The translations under genes and the position numbers were made by a program. A stretch of 64,000 bases of DNA from an uncultured delta proteobacterium. GTDB taxonomy: Bacteria; Desulfobacterota; Binatia; UBA9968. Below, piece by piece: positions 19,930 to 29,724 of the stretch (the first letter of the stretch is position 1; each line of letters opens with the position of its first letter). The stretch is taken from assembly GCA_963760795.1 (NCBI GenBank), contig CAVXEP010000030.1, positions 128,001 through 192,000 on the forward strand, given 5' to 3'. Below the pieces are notes generated by a model. That model saw only the letters and a program-made list of their open reading frames with translations. It had not been told where the DNA came from and searched no databases.

Positions 19930-20595
19930 ATGGCTGAATTGGTCAAAATCCCCCTAGCAAGTGCCGAATACGTTGCACAGTTCGACCGCCCTTATGTTGG
20001 CTTGATTGCCACCGACAGGGCGAAAGTCTTTGAAAATGTAGTTGCCGCGCTGTTGCCGTTCAATTTCAGCTTAGCCAACAGCGAGCTTGTCAATGTAGGA
20101 AATCCAGCTGCTCACAAAACGATTTTCAAGCTTCCCGACCGAGGGATAAGTTTCGAATTTGGGGCCGAGGAATATAAATTTACCAAAGAGCAAGCGTTCT
20201 GGCCAACAGTGAACGAAGACGTCCAAGTCTTACAAGCTGTTCAACGTACCTTGCTTGATGTAAGCGGTGCAAATATTGCCTTGTCCACAGTAAACATAGC
20301 AATGCACATGCAGCTTCTAGTCAAGCCGCGTGATGAGATATTGGCACCTTTCCTTTCGGAACCGTTTAAAACATTTGTCGCAGCCCGCACGCTTATAAGC
20401 TTTGGAAATCATTTGAAATGGGCTGACGGCGACGTGTTGCTCGATTTTTCTTTGGCTTTCGCAAACGGGATCTTTATGCGCTTCTCGTCGCAGTTTCAAG
20501 GACAACCGCCAATAGAGGAAATGCTCGCTAAGATTCGCAGCGATCAAACATCATTGTTCGGACTTCTTGGCGTTGAAGAGGCAAGCAATGCTTAA
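19930..20595 (+). CDS. Hypothetical protein (possibly TIGR04255-like), gene 1 of the HEPN operon
   Basis: 221-aa lower-GC ORF; its stop overlaps the next start. Confidence 0.7.
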   Translation: MAELVKIPLASAEYVAQFDRPYVGLIATDRAKVFENVVAALLPFNFSLANSELVNVGNPAAHKTIFKLPDRGISFEFGAEEYKFTKEQAFWPTVNEDVQVLQAVQRTLLDVSGANIALSTVNIAMHMQLLVKPRDEILAPFLSEPFKTFVAARTLISFGNHLKWADGDVLLDFSLAFANGIFMRFSSQFQGQPPIEEMLAKIRSDQTSLFGLLGVEEASNA

Positions 20596-21112
20596 CTCAC
20601 CCTTGGGGGCACTCGAATCGCTGCAATTACGGCGAACCGCATCCCCACTAATCCCTCATCAGGTCACAGATTGGGATACATTCCAGAAATCGAGAGGCCC
20701 AAAGACAAGGGAAGATATCTTTTCGACAACCTTTGTTTTCCGAGCCCGTATTTACGACCAGGCGCGTTCAAATGAATATTTGAAACGCCAACTTGAATCG
20801 CTGCAACAGAGCTACATAATTTTAGATAGTGATGAATCAGTAAGAGAGATCCTTAGAAAAGAACCAATGCTCGCCGCGCTATTAATCGAAGCCGTTGAGC
20901 CGCTGAAAAAAGCTTTCGGATCACGCCAAATTCAGATGCGGCCCCAGGTTACAGATGATGACAGCTTTCTTAAGATAGCAGTGCAACTTCCTGCCAATTT
21001 TCCCGCGCCGGAGACTGCTTTGCTTTCCTTTGACTCAGCTTGGTGGTTAAATAATTGCCACCGTTCTAGCGGCGCTCTCGTGTTCGATTACGAGATACAG
21101 GATGCCGTTTGA
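20588..21112 (+). CDS. Hypothetical HEPN-partner protein (putative antitoxin)
   Basis: C-terminal ..LLIEA..L..AF..FDSAWWL.. pattern that I recognise from proteins encoded upstream of HEPN genes; overlaps both neighbours. Confidence 0.65.
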   Translation: MLNSPLGALESLQLRRTASPLIPHQVTDWDTFQKSRGPKTREDIFSTTFVFRARIYDQARSNEYLKRQLESLQQSYIILDSDESVREILRKEPMLAALLIEAVEPLKKAFGSRQIQMRPQVTDDDSFLKIAVQLPANFPAPETALLSFDSAWWLNNCHRSSGALVFDYEIQDAV

Positions 21113-21494
21113 TTGGCGTGAATTTCTCATTTTCGCTCATGGTTTGCGGAATGAATCGAGCGAAGCCGTCTTACGAGTGTGTCTTGGCCGCATGTATTAT
21201 TACGTCTACAACCATGGTTTAACCAATGCTCGTAAGCTAAACTTTACAGAGAAAATGCCAAGTTTACACAGCAAGCTTTGGACGTGGTGCCAAAATCAGA
21301 ACGATCCGGATATAAAGAAAATAGGTGTTACAGGGCGGCGAATGCACTCACTCCGAATTGACGCCGACTACAAGGATTCATCAATTCCCAATCTTGCCAA
21401 GGAAGTGGAAATTCAATTGCAACGTGCCCAGATGTTTGAGGCTTTAGTTGCAAAGGTCACCAAGACATCTCCCCCGCCGCCCTTGATGACTTAA
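21102..21494 (+). CDS. HEPN domain protein
   Basis: FDW.EF..FA..L, R...GR.YY, H..LW and R..ADY motifs. Confidence 0.75.
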   Translation: MPFDWREFLIFAHGLRNESSEAVLRVCLGRMYYYVYNHGLTNARKLNFTEKMPSLHSKLWTWCQNQNDPDIKKIGVTGRRMHSLRIDADYKDSSIPNLAKEVEIQLQRAQMFEALVAKVTKTSPPPPLMT

Positions 21495-21524
21495 TTATGT
21501 TTATCCCACACCAGGCGTTTAGGT

Positions 21525-21740
21525 TCAGGCCTGAGTATTGACTAACTCGCCTTTCGCATCTCGCTCGCCAAGATTTCATTGACCAGCGACTGATACGGCA
21601 GTCCTTTTTTCTCGGCGGTCTTCCGCAACCAACCTAAAACTTTCGCGTCCAAACGAATCGCTATAAGCTTCTTAGGCTCGTCAACCATCGTCGGCCTACC
21701 GACCCTCCGCATGGATGAAAGTTGCCGGTCGGACAGTTCG
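21525..21740 (-). pseudogene. Truncated duplicate of the brnA 3' part (parent 28975-29190)
   Basis: Near-identical nucleotide match to the parent; the 5' end is missing. Confidence 0.9.
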
Positions 21741-21759
21741 AAGACGAAAAAGGGGTCAA

Positions 21760-21816
21760 GTCCGCTGTTAGCTGATCGCATAATCATTAAAAAGCAAAAA
21801 GCGGACTTGATCCCTT
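21760..21816. repeat. REP-like inverted repeat
   Basis: AAGGGGTCAAGTCCGCT ... AGCGGACTTGATCCCTT. Confidence 0.65.
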
Positions 21817-21872
21817 GGGATGTCCCAGCACACATTACTGTCGGACACCGAACGTGGTCCCGGTTCATTCCA

Positions 21873-22910
21873 TTACTTGCGTGGTGGAAGGGGATCCATT
21901 CCAGAGATGGTTTTAAAAACCTTAATGACCTCGTTGTCCCGCGGCAGCGTCGCAACAAGTTTCTGCTGTTCCTCCCCCATCAGCGGCGTCGGATAGACTC
22001 CAATGACTTTTTTGTATTGTTCGTGAAATTGGCGATCTTTGAAAGTATCGCGAACGGCTTGCCTGAGGATCTCGGCGAGTTTTGTCGGTGTGCTCGGCGG
22101 CAGATACTTGAGCGTTCCGACGCCCCAAAAAGTCCGCGCCATGGCCATGAGTCGGCTCTCCATGCCGGAGCGCATGAAAGATTCGATGTCAGGCAAATGG
22201 GCAAATTGAGCAGGACGACGTCCTTTGGGATTCTCCAGAATGGCATGGAAATCGACGAGATTTTGGTAGGACTCCGTCAGCGTCTGCGTGTCCAACGTTG
22301 TCGCTCGCGCGTCGACTTCGCCTCGCTCCAAAGCTATTTCCAACTCGGTTCCTGAGTAGCCCACGACAAATCGCGGCTCTTTGACGTCCAAAAGCCAGGC
22401 GAACAGCCGTCCGCGAATGTACTGTACATGTCCCACCGATTGGGCGCCGATGCGGATCCCCGAAGAGGCGCGCAATTTTTCCAAGCTGTTGATGCCGAGA
22501 GCCTTTCGGGTCGCAAACATATTAATGTTCTCGCTGAAAGGCGAGCCGAGATAGATGAACTTGTAAGGGTCGTATTCGACACCGGGTTCGCCGAGCACGG
22601 CGCTCGAGAGCACGCCCGGCGAGCAGGCGCCGATCGTCAGTCCGTCCGCGGCTGCGCGATATACTTGATTGGCCGCCTGTCGGCCCCCTCCTCCCGGAAC
22701 ATATTGTGTAACCATCGTCGGATTTCCGGGAATGTACTTTTGCAGAAACTGCACTATAGCTTTAGTTCTTAAGTCGGCGACACCTCCCGCACTGTTTCCT
22801 TCGATGACGGTAATGGTTTTCCCCGCGTAATAAGGGGCCTGCGTGCTGCCGATGCTGGGGAAAAGAACAAGCCCGGAAAAAACCAATGCCAACTGGCTGA
22901 GACGTTTCAT
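21873..22910 (-). CDS. Tripartite tricarboxylate transporter substrate-binding protein (TctC/Bug-like)
   Basis: YYAGKTI..I.G..AGG..D, KYIPGNP and GY.G...ALERGEVD motifs. Confidence 0.85.
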   Translation of the reverse strand: MKRLSQLALVFSGLVLFPSIGSTQAPYYAGKTITVIEGNSAGGVADLRTKAIVQFLQKYIPGNPTMVTQYVPGGGGRQAANQVYRAAADGLTIGACSPGVLSSAVLGEPGVEYDPYKFIYLGSPFSENINMFATRKALGINSLEKLRASSGIRIGAQSVGHVQYIRGRLFAWLLDVKEPRFVVGYSGTELEIALERGEVDARATTLDTQTLTESYQNLVDFHAILENPKGRRPAQFAHLPDIESFMRSGMESRLMAMARTFWGVGTLKYLPPSTPTKLAEILRQAVRDTFKDRQFHEQYKKVIGVYPTPLMGEEQQKLVATLPRDNEVIKVFKTISGMDPLPPRK

Positions 22911-23086
22911 CTTAAACCTCTGCAGACCGTGTCATTCAAACGCGTAATAGTCTTCCGGTTTTGAAAAAAGTTCAGCTCGTCCGTTCACCCGATTCAGAGT
23001 GTGATAAACCAACTCACCCGGAGCTATGCGCGCTCGTCGAGGCATCGCGGCACGCTATATCAAAGCCATCAAGGGAGCCCTCAAGT

Positions 23087-23197
23087 GTCAGGCTTGAATG
23101 CATTAACTTAGCTGCCTTGTAGAGGAGCCGACAATATCAGGCTTGTATATGAACCTGTTCTTCCCGAGCCAGGTAAGTCATGTTATTCAAGCCTGAT
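23087..23197. repeat. MITE/REP-like element, copy 1 (GTCAGGCTTG...CAAGCCTGA ends)
   Basis: Terminal inverted repeats; near-identical copy at 24675-24778. Confidence 0.85.
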
Positions 23198-23313
23198 ACT
23201 ACTTGCCCCCAAGAGAAGTGAGCGATCGAGCGGCTTGGAAAGTTAGTCGAGTCATAGAAGTCTGACTCCATGCTAGAGATTCTAACTTGTGAATTCGCCG
23301 TCAGCCTTTCGTT

Positions 23314-24552
23314 CTACACTCCTCCGGGCTCCGCCTCTCCTTCCGGAGGCGTGCGTTGCCGGTAGACCCAAGGCGGCATGCTGCTCTTCATGCCTTTCAC
23401 CTGTAACGCCGCTTCGTAGGTTTTTCTTATGTTCGGATCTTCGTCCATATAAGAAATCGCGCCGCCGCCTTCGCGGGTATCGATGGCGCCCACGTCCGCT
23501 GCGTCGCCGCCTGGCGCACCGCCGCGGCGAAAGCCGGGACCGTAGGGGCCGTCAAAGACGAGTAGCCGCAGTCCCTCAGGATGAGTGCCAAAGTGTTGAT
23601 GAAACCAGTCGCCGCGCATCGGCGCCGCGCTGATCATACCGACCGGTTCATAGGTCTGTTTTTTCACTTGCTCGCCAAGGCCGGCGCTCCACGGCTGCAT
23701 GCCGAGATGATCGGGCCAAGTGTAGCTGTAGCCCTGGCCTTTGATGCAAACCAGAATGGCGCCGGAAGAATGCTTATGCGCTTTGGAGTATTGCCCCGTC
23801 TTATATTGGGCGATCTTCATGTAAAAGTTGGCGCCCGCCATGTGCGGCTCGATGCGCCGGTAGTCGAAGGCGCGCCGGTTGTCCGGCGGCAGTTCACAGC
23901 TAAGTATATCCGGGATGATGTTGGTGCGGCGCATGGCGAGGCCGCGCACCGGATCGGCGTAGATGTCGTCCACCGGTTTGAAATAATCATCCGAGGCGTC
24001 GAAGCGGGCGTTAAAGTCATACGGGCAATTGAATACGAACTCGGCGTCGCGGATCAGATTGACGATGTTGGGCGCCGTGGTCGCGGCGAGCAAGAGCGCG
24101 GGAGATGAAGTGGCGTTGACGATTTGGTGCTTGGCGTTGAGCGGGATCGCGAAGAGCGAGCCGCGGCTCCATTCGAATGCCAGTTTTTTGCTGCTGCCGT
24201 CCCGCCAAACCTCCGTCGTGCCGCGCCCCTCGACGACATAATAAATCTCTTCGTAGAGATGACGCTCGGCGTTAAGAGCGCCCGCGCCAGGCACTTCAAC
24301 CACGTACATGCCCCACAAGCTTTCGGTGCCGAGAAGCTGAATCGCCGTGCCGCGCCCGCCGAGGCGCTTCCAGGGTTTCAGCGGCAGGTCTTGGACTTTG
24401 TGCACGCCGATGGCGCGATGAATTGGAATGTCCTGCGCCTCCATGAAAAGGTCATAGGGCGATTGGGGATTTTTCCACTTGCCGAATCCCGCTTTCTCGC
24501 CGCGCTTTGGCTCGCGCCATTCAAATAACTCCGCGGTTGGTTCGACGCCCAT
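23314..24552 (-). CDS. Bicupin domain protein
   Basis: ERHLYEEIYYVVEGRG and KAHKH...WFHQHF cupin motifs. Confidence 0.82.
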   Translation of the reverse strand: MGVEPTAELFEWREPKRGEKAGFGKWKNPQSPYDLFMEAQDIPIHRAIGVHKVQDLPLKPWKRLGGRGTAIQLLGTESLWGMYVVEVPGAGALNAERHLYEEIYYVVEGRGTTEVWRDGSSKKLAFEWSRGSLFAIPLNAKHQIVNATSSPALLLAATTAPNIVNLIRDAEFVFNCPYDFNARFDASDDYFKPVDDIYADPVRGLAMRRTNIIPDILSCELPPDNRRAFDYRRIEPHMAGANFYMKIAQYKTGQYSKAHKHSSGAILVCIKGQGYSYTWPDHLGMQPWSAGLGEQVKKQTYEPVGMISAAPMRGDWFHQHFGTHPEGLRLLVFDGPYGPGFRRGGAPGGDAADVGAIDTREGGGAISYMDEDPNIRKTYEAALQVKGMKSSMPPWVYRQRTPPEGEAEPGGV

Positions 24553-24674
24553 GGGCTTTGCCCTCCCAGAAGTATTTCCGAACTATATAAAGCCTATTAC
24601 AACCAAATCAATGGGCGACGACGTACGGACGCTGTTGACTAGATGGCAAACTTTTCCTTAGGGAACCCTCTATT

Positions 24675-24778
24675 GTCAGGCTTGGATGCATTAACTTAGC
24701 TGCCTGAGCCGACAATATCAGGCTTGTATATGAACCTGTTCTTCCCGAGCCAGGTAGGTTATGTTATTCAAGCCTGAC
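24675..24778. repeat. MITE/REP-like element, copy 2
   Basis: Direct repeat of 23087-23197. Confidence 0.85.
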
Positions 24779-24871
24779 ACTACTTGCGCTACTTGCCCTC
24801 GATGACTTGCAAGCAACGAACCGATCGCTAAATCCGGCGGGCCATTTCCAGCCGGAGGAGGACGCAAAAAA

Positions 24872-25336
24872 ATGGTTAACACACGGGCACTCGTTCTTTT
24901 AGTATTGGGTTTGTCGTTCGTTGCCGCCGGTTGTTCGAATTCCGCCACGGCGACGTTGTCGCCGGGTGCCGATTTGAGCGCGGTGAAAACCTTTTATGTC
25001 GTGCACCAACCGAAGGACACGCATAACCTCCACTTTGTTATCCGGGACAGGATCGTCAAAGAGGGATTTGGAGCAACGGCCGGATCGGAAATAGAAAAAT
25101 CCGCCCACCAGGCCAATTCGATCGTGACCTACGTGGATCGATGGATGTGGGATATGACGTTATACCTTTTAGAGATTACGGTAACGCTGCGAGACGCAGC
25201 GAATGACTTTCCGTTGGCGGTCGGAAACTCCTACCATACATCGCTGACCCGCCTATCTCCTGAGGAAATGGTGAACGAGGTGATGACAAACATTTTCAAT
25301 GCTGCGAAGCAAACCACCAAACCGGCTACTCCATGA
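24872..25336 (+). CDS. Hypothetical lipoprotein
   Basis: AAGC lipobox, GGAGGAGG RBS, YVDRWMWD motif. Confidence 0.75.
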   Translation: MVNTRALVLLVLGLSFVAAGCSNSATATLSPGADLSAVKTFYVVHQPKDTHNLHFVIRDRIVKEGFGATAGSEIEKSAHQANSIVTYVDRWMWDMTLYLLEITVTLRDAANDFPLAVGNSYHTSLTRLSPEEMVNEVMTNIFNAAKQTTKPATP

Positions 25337-25866
25337 ATGTCTTGCGCCAAAATTATCGATCTTTGAGCAAGTGGTTGCCACCGCTTTTTCTCTGGGCGCT
25401 GGCCGCTCTGCTTGGCAGTTGCGGCACAGCGGCGACGTTTGAAGGCATGGTGCCCACGTCCTTTGAAACGGCAAACACCCATCCCAAAACAGTGCGCGTC
25501 AGCGTGTCCGGCGGCCAGGAGAGCGTCGCGCTCGGCAGGCCACAGATTACCGATGCCGCGTTTAATCAAGCGTTGATTGCCTCGATCAATAAATCCCGGA
25601 CCTTTTCGAAAGTCATCGAGGATAAAAATGCAAGTGAAGACTACCTTCTTACGGTCACTTTATTCAGCATGGATAAGCTGGTTTATCGCCATACAGTCAA
25701 ATTAGAGGCGGGTTGGACACTGCGGCGCGCCGCTACGGCTGCAATCGTCTGGCGCGAATCGATCCTTTCGGAGTCCCCTCATGGGGATTTGAGAGCGGCG
25801 ACGGAAGCCGCCGCAAGAAACAACATCGCGCAAGCCCTGGCAAAGATATCGAAGCTCAATCTCTAA
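25333..25866 (+). CDS. Hypothetical lipoprotein
   Basis: LGSC lipobox; ATGA overlap with the upstream gene. Confidence 0.72.
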   Translation: MNVLRQNYRSLSKWLPPLFLWALAALLGSCGTAATFEGMVPTSFETANTHPKTVRVSVSGGQESVALGRPQITDAAFNQALIASINKSRTFSKVIEDKNASEDYLLTVTLFSMDKLVYRHTVKLEAGWTLRRAATAAIVWRESILSESPHGDLRAATEAAARNNIAQALAKISKLNL

Positions 25867-25884
25867 GAGCGTCGGTCTTGTGTA

Positions 25885-26193
25885 TCACGCCAGCACACTC
25901 CTGTTGTCCTCGATACTCCTTCTCACCCCCGCCGGCAGCGCCTTTTCGGCATTGCGCAGATCGTAGGTCATTTGCAAGTTCATCCAGAATTCCGCCGATG
26001 TTTTGAAAAACGTTCCCAGCCGGATCGCCGTATCCCCGGTGATGCCTCTCTCATCCTTCAGAATTGCCGTGATCCGGTTGGGCGGCACCCCGATCGCCTT
26101 CGCGAGCGCGTTTGCCGTCAGCCCCAGCGGTTTCAAAAACTCCTCGTTGAGAATTTCACCCGGCGGAACCGGTCGCATTCCATTCTTTTTCAT
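25885..26193 (-). CDS. higA: HigA family antitoxin
   Basis: PGEILNEEFLKPL..T...LA.AI.VP.NRI..I...R.IT.DTA.RL..F..SAEFWMNLQ motif. Confidence 0.92.
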   Translation of the reverse strand: MKKNGMRPVPPGEILNEEFLKPLGLTANALAKAIGVPPNRITAILKDERGITGDTAIRLGTFFKTSAEFWMNLQMTYDLRNAEKALPAGVRRSIEDNRSVLA

Positions 26194-26204
26194 TTTGTTA
26201 CTCC

Positions 26205-26483
26205 TTAATGATAGTCCACTATTTCAACGTCGTACGGACCGTCATCCTTCCAAGTAAAACAAATCCGCCATTGGTCGTTGATCCGGATACTGTATTGTCC
26301 GGCCCTGTCTCCCGATAACTTTTCCAATCTATTTCCGGGACTCGCGGCGAGGTCGCCCAGCTTCACCGCGCTATCCAGTATAACCAGCTTGCGCTCCGCC
26401 GCCTTCTTGACGCCTGAGAACTGCCTGACATTGTCGCCACCAAAGAAATTCTCCGTTCTTCGGTCCTTGAAGCTTCGGATCAT
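26205..26483 (-). CDS. higB: HigB-like (plasmid maintenance killer) toxin
   Basis: MIRSF..., PGNRLEKL.GDR.GQYSIRINDQWRICF.W...VEIVDYH motif. Confidence 0.92.
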   Translation of the reverse strand: MIRSFKDRRTENFFGGDNVRQFSGVKKAAERKLVILDSAVKLGDLAASPGNRLEKLSGDRAGQYSIRINDQWRICFTWKDDGPYDVEIVDYH

Positions 26484-26502
26484 CTGTTGAAACTTTACCA
26501 AA

Positions 26503-26521
26503 TTTTACGATTTACGTAAAA
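26503..26521. promoter_or_regulatory. Palindromic operator upstream of higBA
   Basis: TTTTACG-N5-CGTAAAA about 20 bp upstream of the higB ATG. Confidence 0.55.
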
Positions 26522-26758
26522 CGGCACGATCTTGTCATCGCGATTAAATGCGTCTTGGGGGAAGAAGATCTACAACCTCAGCTGTTAGCCGGCAGGGTGA
26601 CTTTGTAAGCTGCAATTGTGCATTTTCGTCGGTCTCACCACGTTTTCAACGTTAAAGCGTAGTCAGGTTGTCTCAGTTTGGACGAATCATTGAGCCCAGC
26701 AGAAACCTGATGAGCAATGAGAGACCGGGTAGCATTGGCTCTATTTGAAATCGCTAGC

Positions 26759-26872
26759 GCTCAGGCCGAATTCGCCGTTATGAGTTCTCCGTGCCCCGGT
26801 ACAACTGCAAAGAAGCGAGCACCAGGCCGGCGATTAGCAGAAATATCCCCGCCAGGATGAAGGCGAATTTGA
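26759..26872 (-). pseudogene. Diverged duplicate of the 3' end of the MFS gene (parent 30834-30947)
   Basis: Nucleotide match; KFAFILAGIFLLIAGLVLASLQLYRGTENS versus KFAFVLAGIFLLIAGLVLAPLQLYRGTQNS. Confidence 0.9.
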
Positions 26873-28699
26873 AAAACCCGCTCAAGTTTTTTGTTTGTTC
26901 AGTTAAATCTACGTTGACAAGCGACGATATCGCCTTCATCGTTTTCTCATGAGCGTAAGAGCCGTCGCTGCACAGAGAAGCTTTTATCATACCGACTATC
27001 TTGCTGGAGATCTTTTCGGTCCAGCCAATCGCTACCGGTTGTTTCGGGAAAAGATCTGGCCCAAGCTTTAGAGCTTTCCCCGAAACTTGAAGCGTTGTAT
27101 TGCGCCGAGAACGGCCGGCCGGGGATCGATCCGGTGCTACTTTGCGGAGTGACGCTGCTCCAGTTCATGGAGAAAGCAGCAGATCGCTCGGCCACCGAGC
27201 GCGTGGTGTATCATCTGGGTTGGAAGTACGCCTTAGATCTGGAACTGGATTACGCCGGGTTTCATGCCACGGTGTTAGTTTATTTTCGCGACCGGTTGGA
27301 AGACAACAAAGTCGAGCGGATGATCTTTGACGGGATAGTTAAGTTGCTGGTGGAGCTGGGATTGGTGAAGAGAAAGGGCAAGCAGCGGCTCGATAGCACG
27401 CATATCGTGGGGTACGTCAAGGCGATGAGCTTGTTGGAGTGCGCGATAGAGACGCTGCGCTTGGCGTTGGAGGATTTGAAAGTAAAAGTGGGGAGGAAAA
27501 AGCAGCCAGAATTTTGGGACAGGTTGTGGGAACTGTATGTAGAGAGCAAACTGGATTGGCGGCTAAACAAGACCGAGCGCGACCGCCGCTATCGGCAGTG
27601 TGGGCAAGACATGAGAGAGCTGCTGGAGTGGCTAGACGGAAACGATCCTAAGCTCGCTGGACGTGAAGCAGTGAAACTATTGCGGCGAGTCTTTGGCGAG
27701 CAGTTTGAGATGGTCGACGGAAAGCTTGAGCTCGCCCCCAAGCGACCGCCTCGCGCGGTGCAGAACCCCCATGATTCCGATGCGCATTATGCCGATAAGA
27801 GGAGCAAGCAATGGATCGGCTACAAGGTGCATGTAACCGAGACTGTCGATCCTCAACAACCGATCAAGAAAAAGGGCGAGCCCACCGACCATTTCATCAC
27901 CGAGATGCTGACCGTCGAAGCGGCCCAGGACGAGAAGGCTGGCTTGACCGAGACGCTCACAAGAGAACAAGCGCACCATGAGATCGAACCCCGGGCGATC
28001 TACACCGATGCAGGTTATGTGACCGAGCACACCTTAACGCAGGCGGAACAAAACGGCATGGAGTTATTAGGACCGACGCGTCCCGATCCTCACAAGGGAC
28101 CCTACAATAGCGATGCGTTCCATGTCGATATCAACGAGCGCCAGGCGGTTTGTCCTCAGGGCAAGCTCAGCACGCAGTGCAGCCGCATCAAAGATAACTA
28201 TATGGGAACCGAGTACTATCGCATCGAGTGGGGCAATCAATGCAATAGCTGTCCGGTACAAAAGCAATGTACGCGGTCCAAGAGTGGACGGAGAACTTTG
28301 GTCGTTGGACTGCGCCATGATCTGGTCGAGCAGCGGCGCAGAGAAATGAAACAGAAAGGTTTCTCCAAATCCATGCATCCGAGAAACGGGATTGAGGGAA
28401 CCCACAGCGAGTTGGTGCGTGGGCACGCGATGAGACGGACGAAATATCGGGGCTTAAGCCGGGTCGGTTTATCGAATTACTTCATAGGTGCAGCTTGCAA
28501 CGTAAAACGATATCTAAATCTACTCGCGTTTCAGATGAGAACGCCGCCTCTGAGCCCCGCTTAAGGGCGGAGCGCAGCTCATTTTCCTGGCTATGGCTTC
28601 GTTGAGGGTGAAACTTTCTCTGGCGTAACATTATTTGGCGATGACCACTGTTTACTAGCGGCGGTCGCGAATCAAATTCAGGGGTTTTTCAGCAGAACC
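26870..28699 (+). mobile_element. IS1182-family element, copy 1 (left IR truncated, transposase frameshifted)
   Basis: Almost identical to 36650-38488 but lacks GGTTCTGC of the left IR. AAGCTTTAG versus AAGCTTTTAG at ~27067. Confidence 0.9.
26949..28564 (+). pseudogene. IS1182-family transposase with a 1-bp deletion near 27067
   Basis: Comparison with the intact copy at 36737-38353. Confidence 0.85.
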
Positions 28700-28950
28700 A
28701 ATAGCGCAATCTAGTTGCTGCAAAGTATGGTGAAGCAGACGACGAAATCCCGACTCCTATCCGAACCGCGCCTCAGCCCGCCTAACCGCATGGCTTGCCG
28801 TCCCACCACTTGGGGGAAGGAGCAGAGTCAGGCTTGAATAGCGCAATCTAGTTGCTGCAAAGTATGGTGAAGCAGACGACGAAATCCCGACTCCTATCCG
28901 AGCCGCGCCTCAGCCCGCCTAACCGCATGGCTTGCCGTCCCACCACTTGG
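28700..28950. repeat. Two 114-bp direct repeats (28700-28813 and 28837-28950) separated by a spacer ending GTCAGGCTTG
   Basis: AATAGCGCAATCTAG...CCCACCACTTGG occurs twice with one mismatch. Confidence 0.92.
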
Positions 28951-28991
28951 AAATCTTGGAGGGAAGCGCCAGGATCAGGCCTGAGTATTGA

Positions 28992-29288
28992 CTAACTCGC
29001 CTTTCGCATCTCGCTTGCTAAGATTTCATTGACCAGCGACTGATACGGCAGTCCTTTTTTCTCGGCGGTCTTGCGCAACCACCCTAAAACTTTCGCGTCC
29101 AAACGAATCGCTATAAGCTTCCTTGGCTCGTCACCCATCGTCGGCCTACCGACCCTCCGCATGGATGAAAGTTGCCGGTCGGACAGCTCGGGAATATCGG
29201 AAAAGTCAATCTTCTTTGACCTCGAAACTTTTTTGTTCTTTACGGCTCGCGCGCCGCGCGCTGATGATCCGCGTCGTTTCTTCGTCAT
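28992..29288 (-). CDS. brnA: BrnA family antitoxin
   Basis: IDFSDIPEL..GRP....K..IAIRLD..VL.W.......YQS.VN..L motif. Confidence 0.85.
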   Translation of the reverse strand: MTKKRRGSSARGARAVKNKKVSRSKKIDFSDIPELSDRQLSSMRRVGRPTMGDEPRKLIAIRLDAKVLGWLRKTAEKKGLPYQSLVNEILASEMRKAS

Positions 29289-29350
29289 TCTTACTCTTTT
29301 CCATATACGCTATGAGCAGCACTCTACCCAAGCCACTTTTCGCCAATCTG
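29206..29350 (-). pseudogene. BrnT toxin 3' remnant
   Basis: ..SGLGRVLLIAY..TRIISARRASRKE.. with no recognisable N-terminus or start. Confidence 0.7.
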
Positions 29351-29386
29351 GTACCCACGTGCCGTTGCCTGTCCAATCGGTCGGAA

Positions 29387-29719
29387 TCACGCAGAACGTA
29401 AGCGTCGTTCCGCCGGTACAAAACGAATCTCAACGCGTTGGTTCAAGGCCGCGGCGATTCGATTAAGCATCGCCAGGGAATGGCCCTCATAATTGGCGTC
29501 TTCGAGACGACAAATGACCGACGCTGTGGTTCCTATGAGTTGTGCCAGTTGACGTTGGCTTAGCCCGTGCGAAATTCTCAGTGCGGTTAGCTTACGAGCA
29601 ACGTGGTCGTTAGCTCGTGCTTGTTCCAAAGCGGCGAGTCGGTGCGGCTTGCCGGCGTAATAGCGGCGGTGGAGAATTTCAACGGCATCCACGGTCGTTT
29701 TCCTCTTTGCTTTTGCCAT
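29387..29719 (-). CDS. XRE-HTH antitoxin
   Basis: R...GLSQRQLAQLIGTTASVI.RLE...Y.GHSL.ML.RIA.AL motif. Confidence 0.85.
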   Translation of the reverse strand: MAKAKRKTTVDAVEILHRRYYAGKPHRLAALEQARANDHVARKLTALRISHGLSQRQLAQLIGTTASVICRLEDANYEGHSLAMLNRIAAALNQRVEIRFVPAERRLRSA

Positions 29720-29724
29720 GACTT

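Noticed and set aside
19810-21512. dif/Xer-like sites flanking the HEPN cassette (GGTGTAGTTGGATAA... and ...TTATCCCACACC)
   Set aside because: The XerD-arm match to TTATGTTAAAT is poor on both sides and could be chance.
21542-21958. 138-aa ORF ending in a BrnA domain
   Set aside because: The N-terminus is read through the TctC 3' end and a REP hairpin; it is an accidental fusion to the brnA remnant.
27040-27095. Programmed frameshift in IS copy 1
   Set aside because: Copy 2 has a continuous frame; the difference is a 1-bp loss in a T run (mutation or sequencing error).
28700-28950. Possible CRISPR array
   Set aside because: Only two 114-bp repeats with a 23-bp spacer, and no cas genes; the geometry is wrong.
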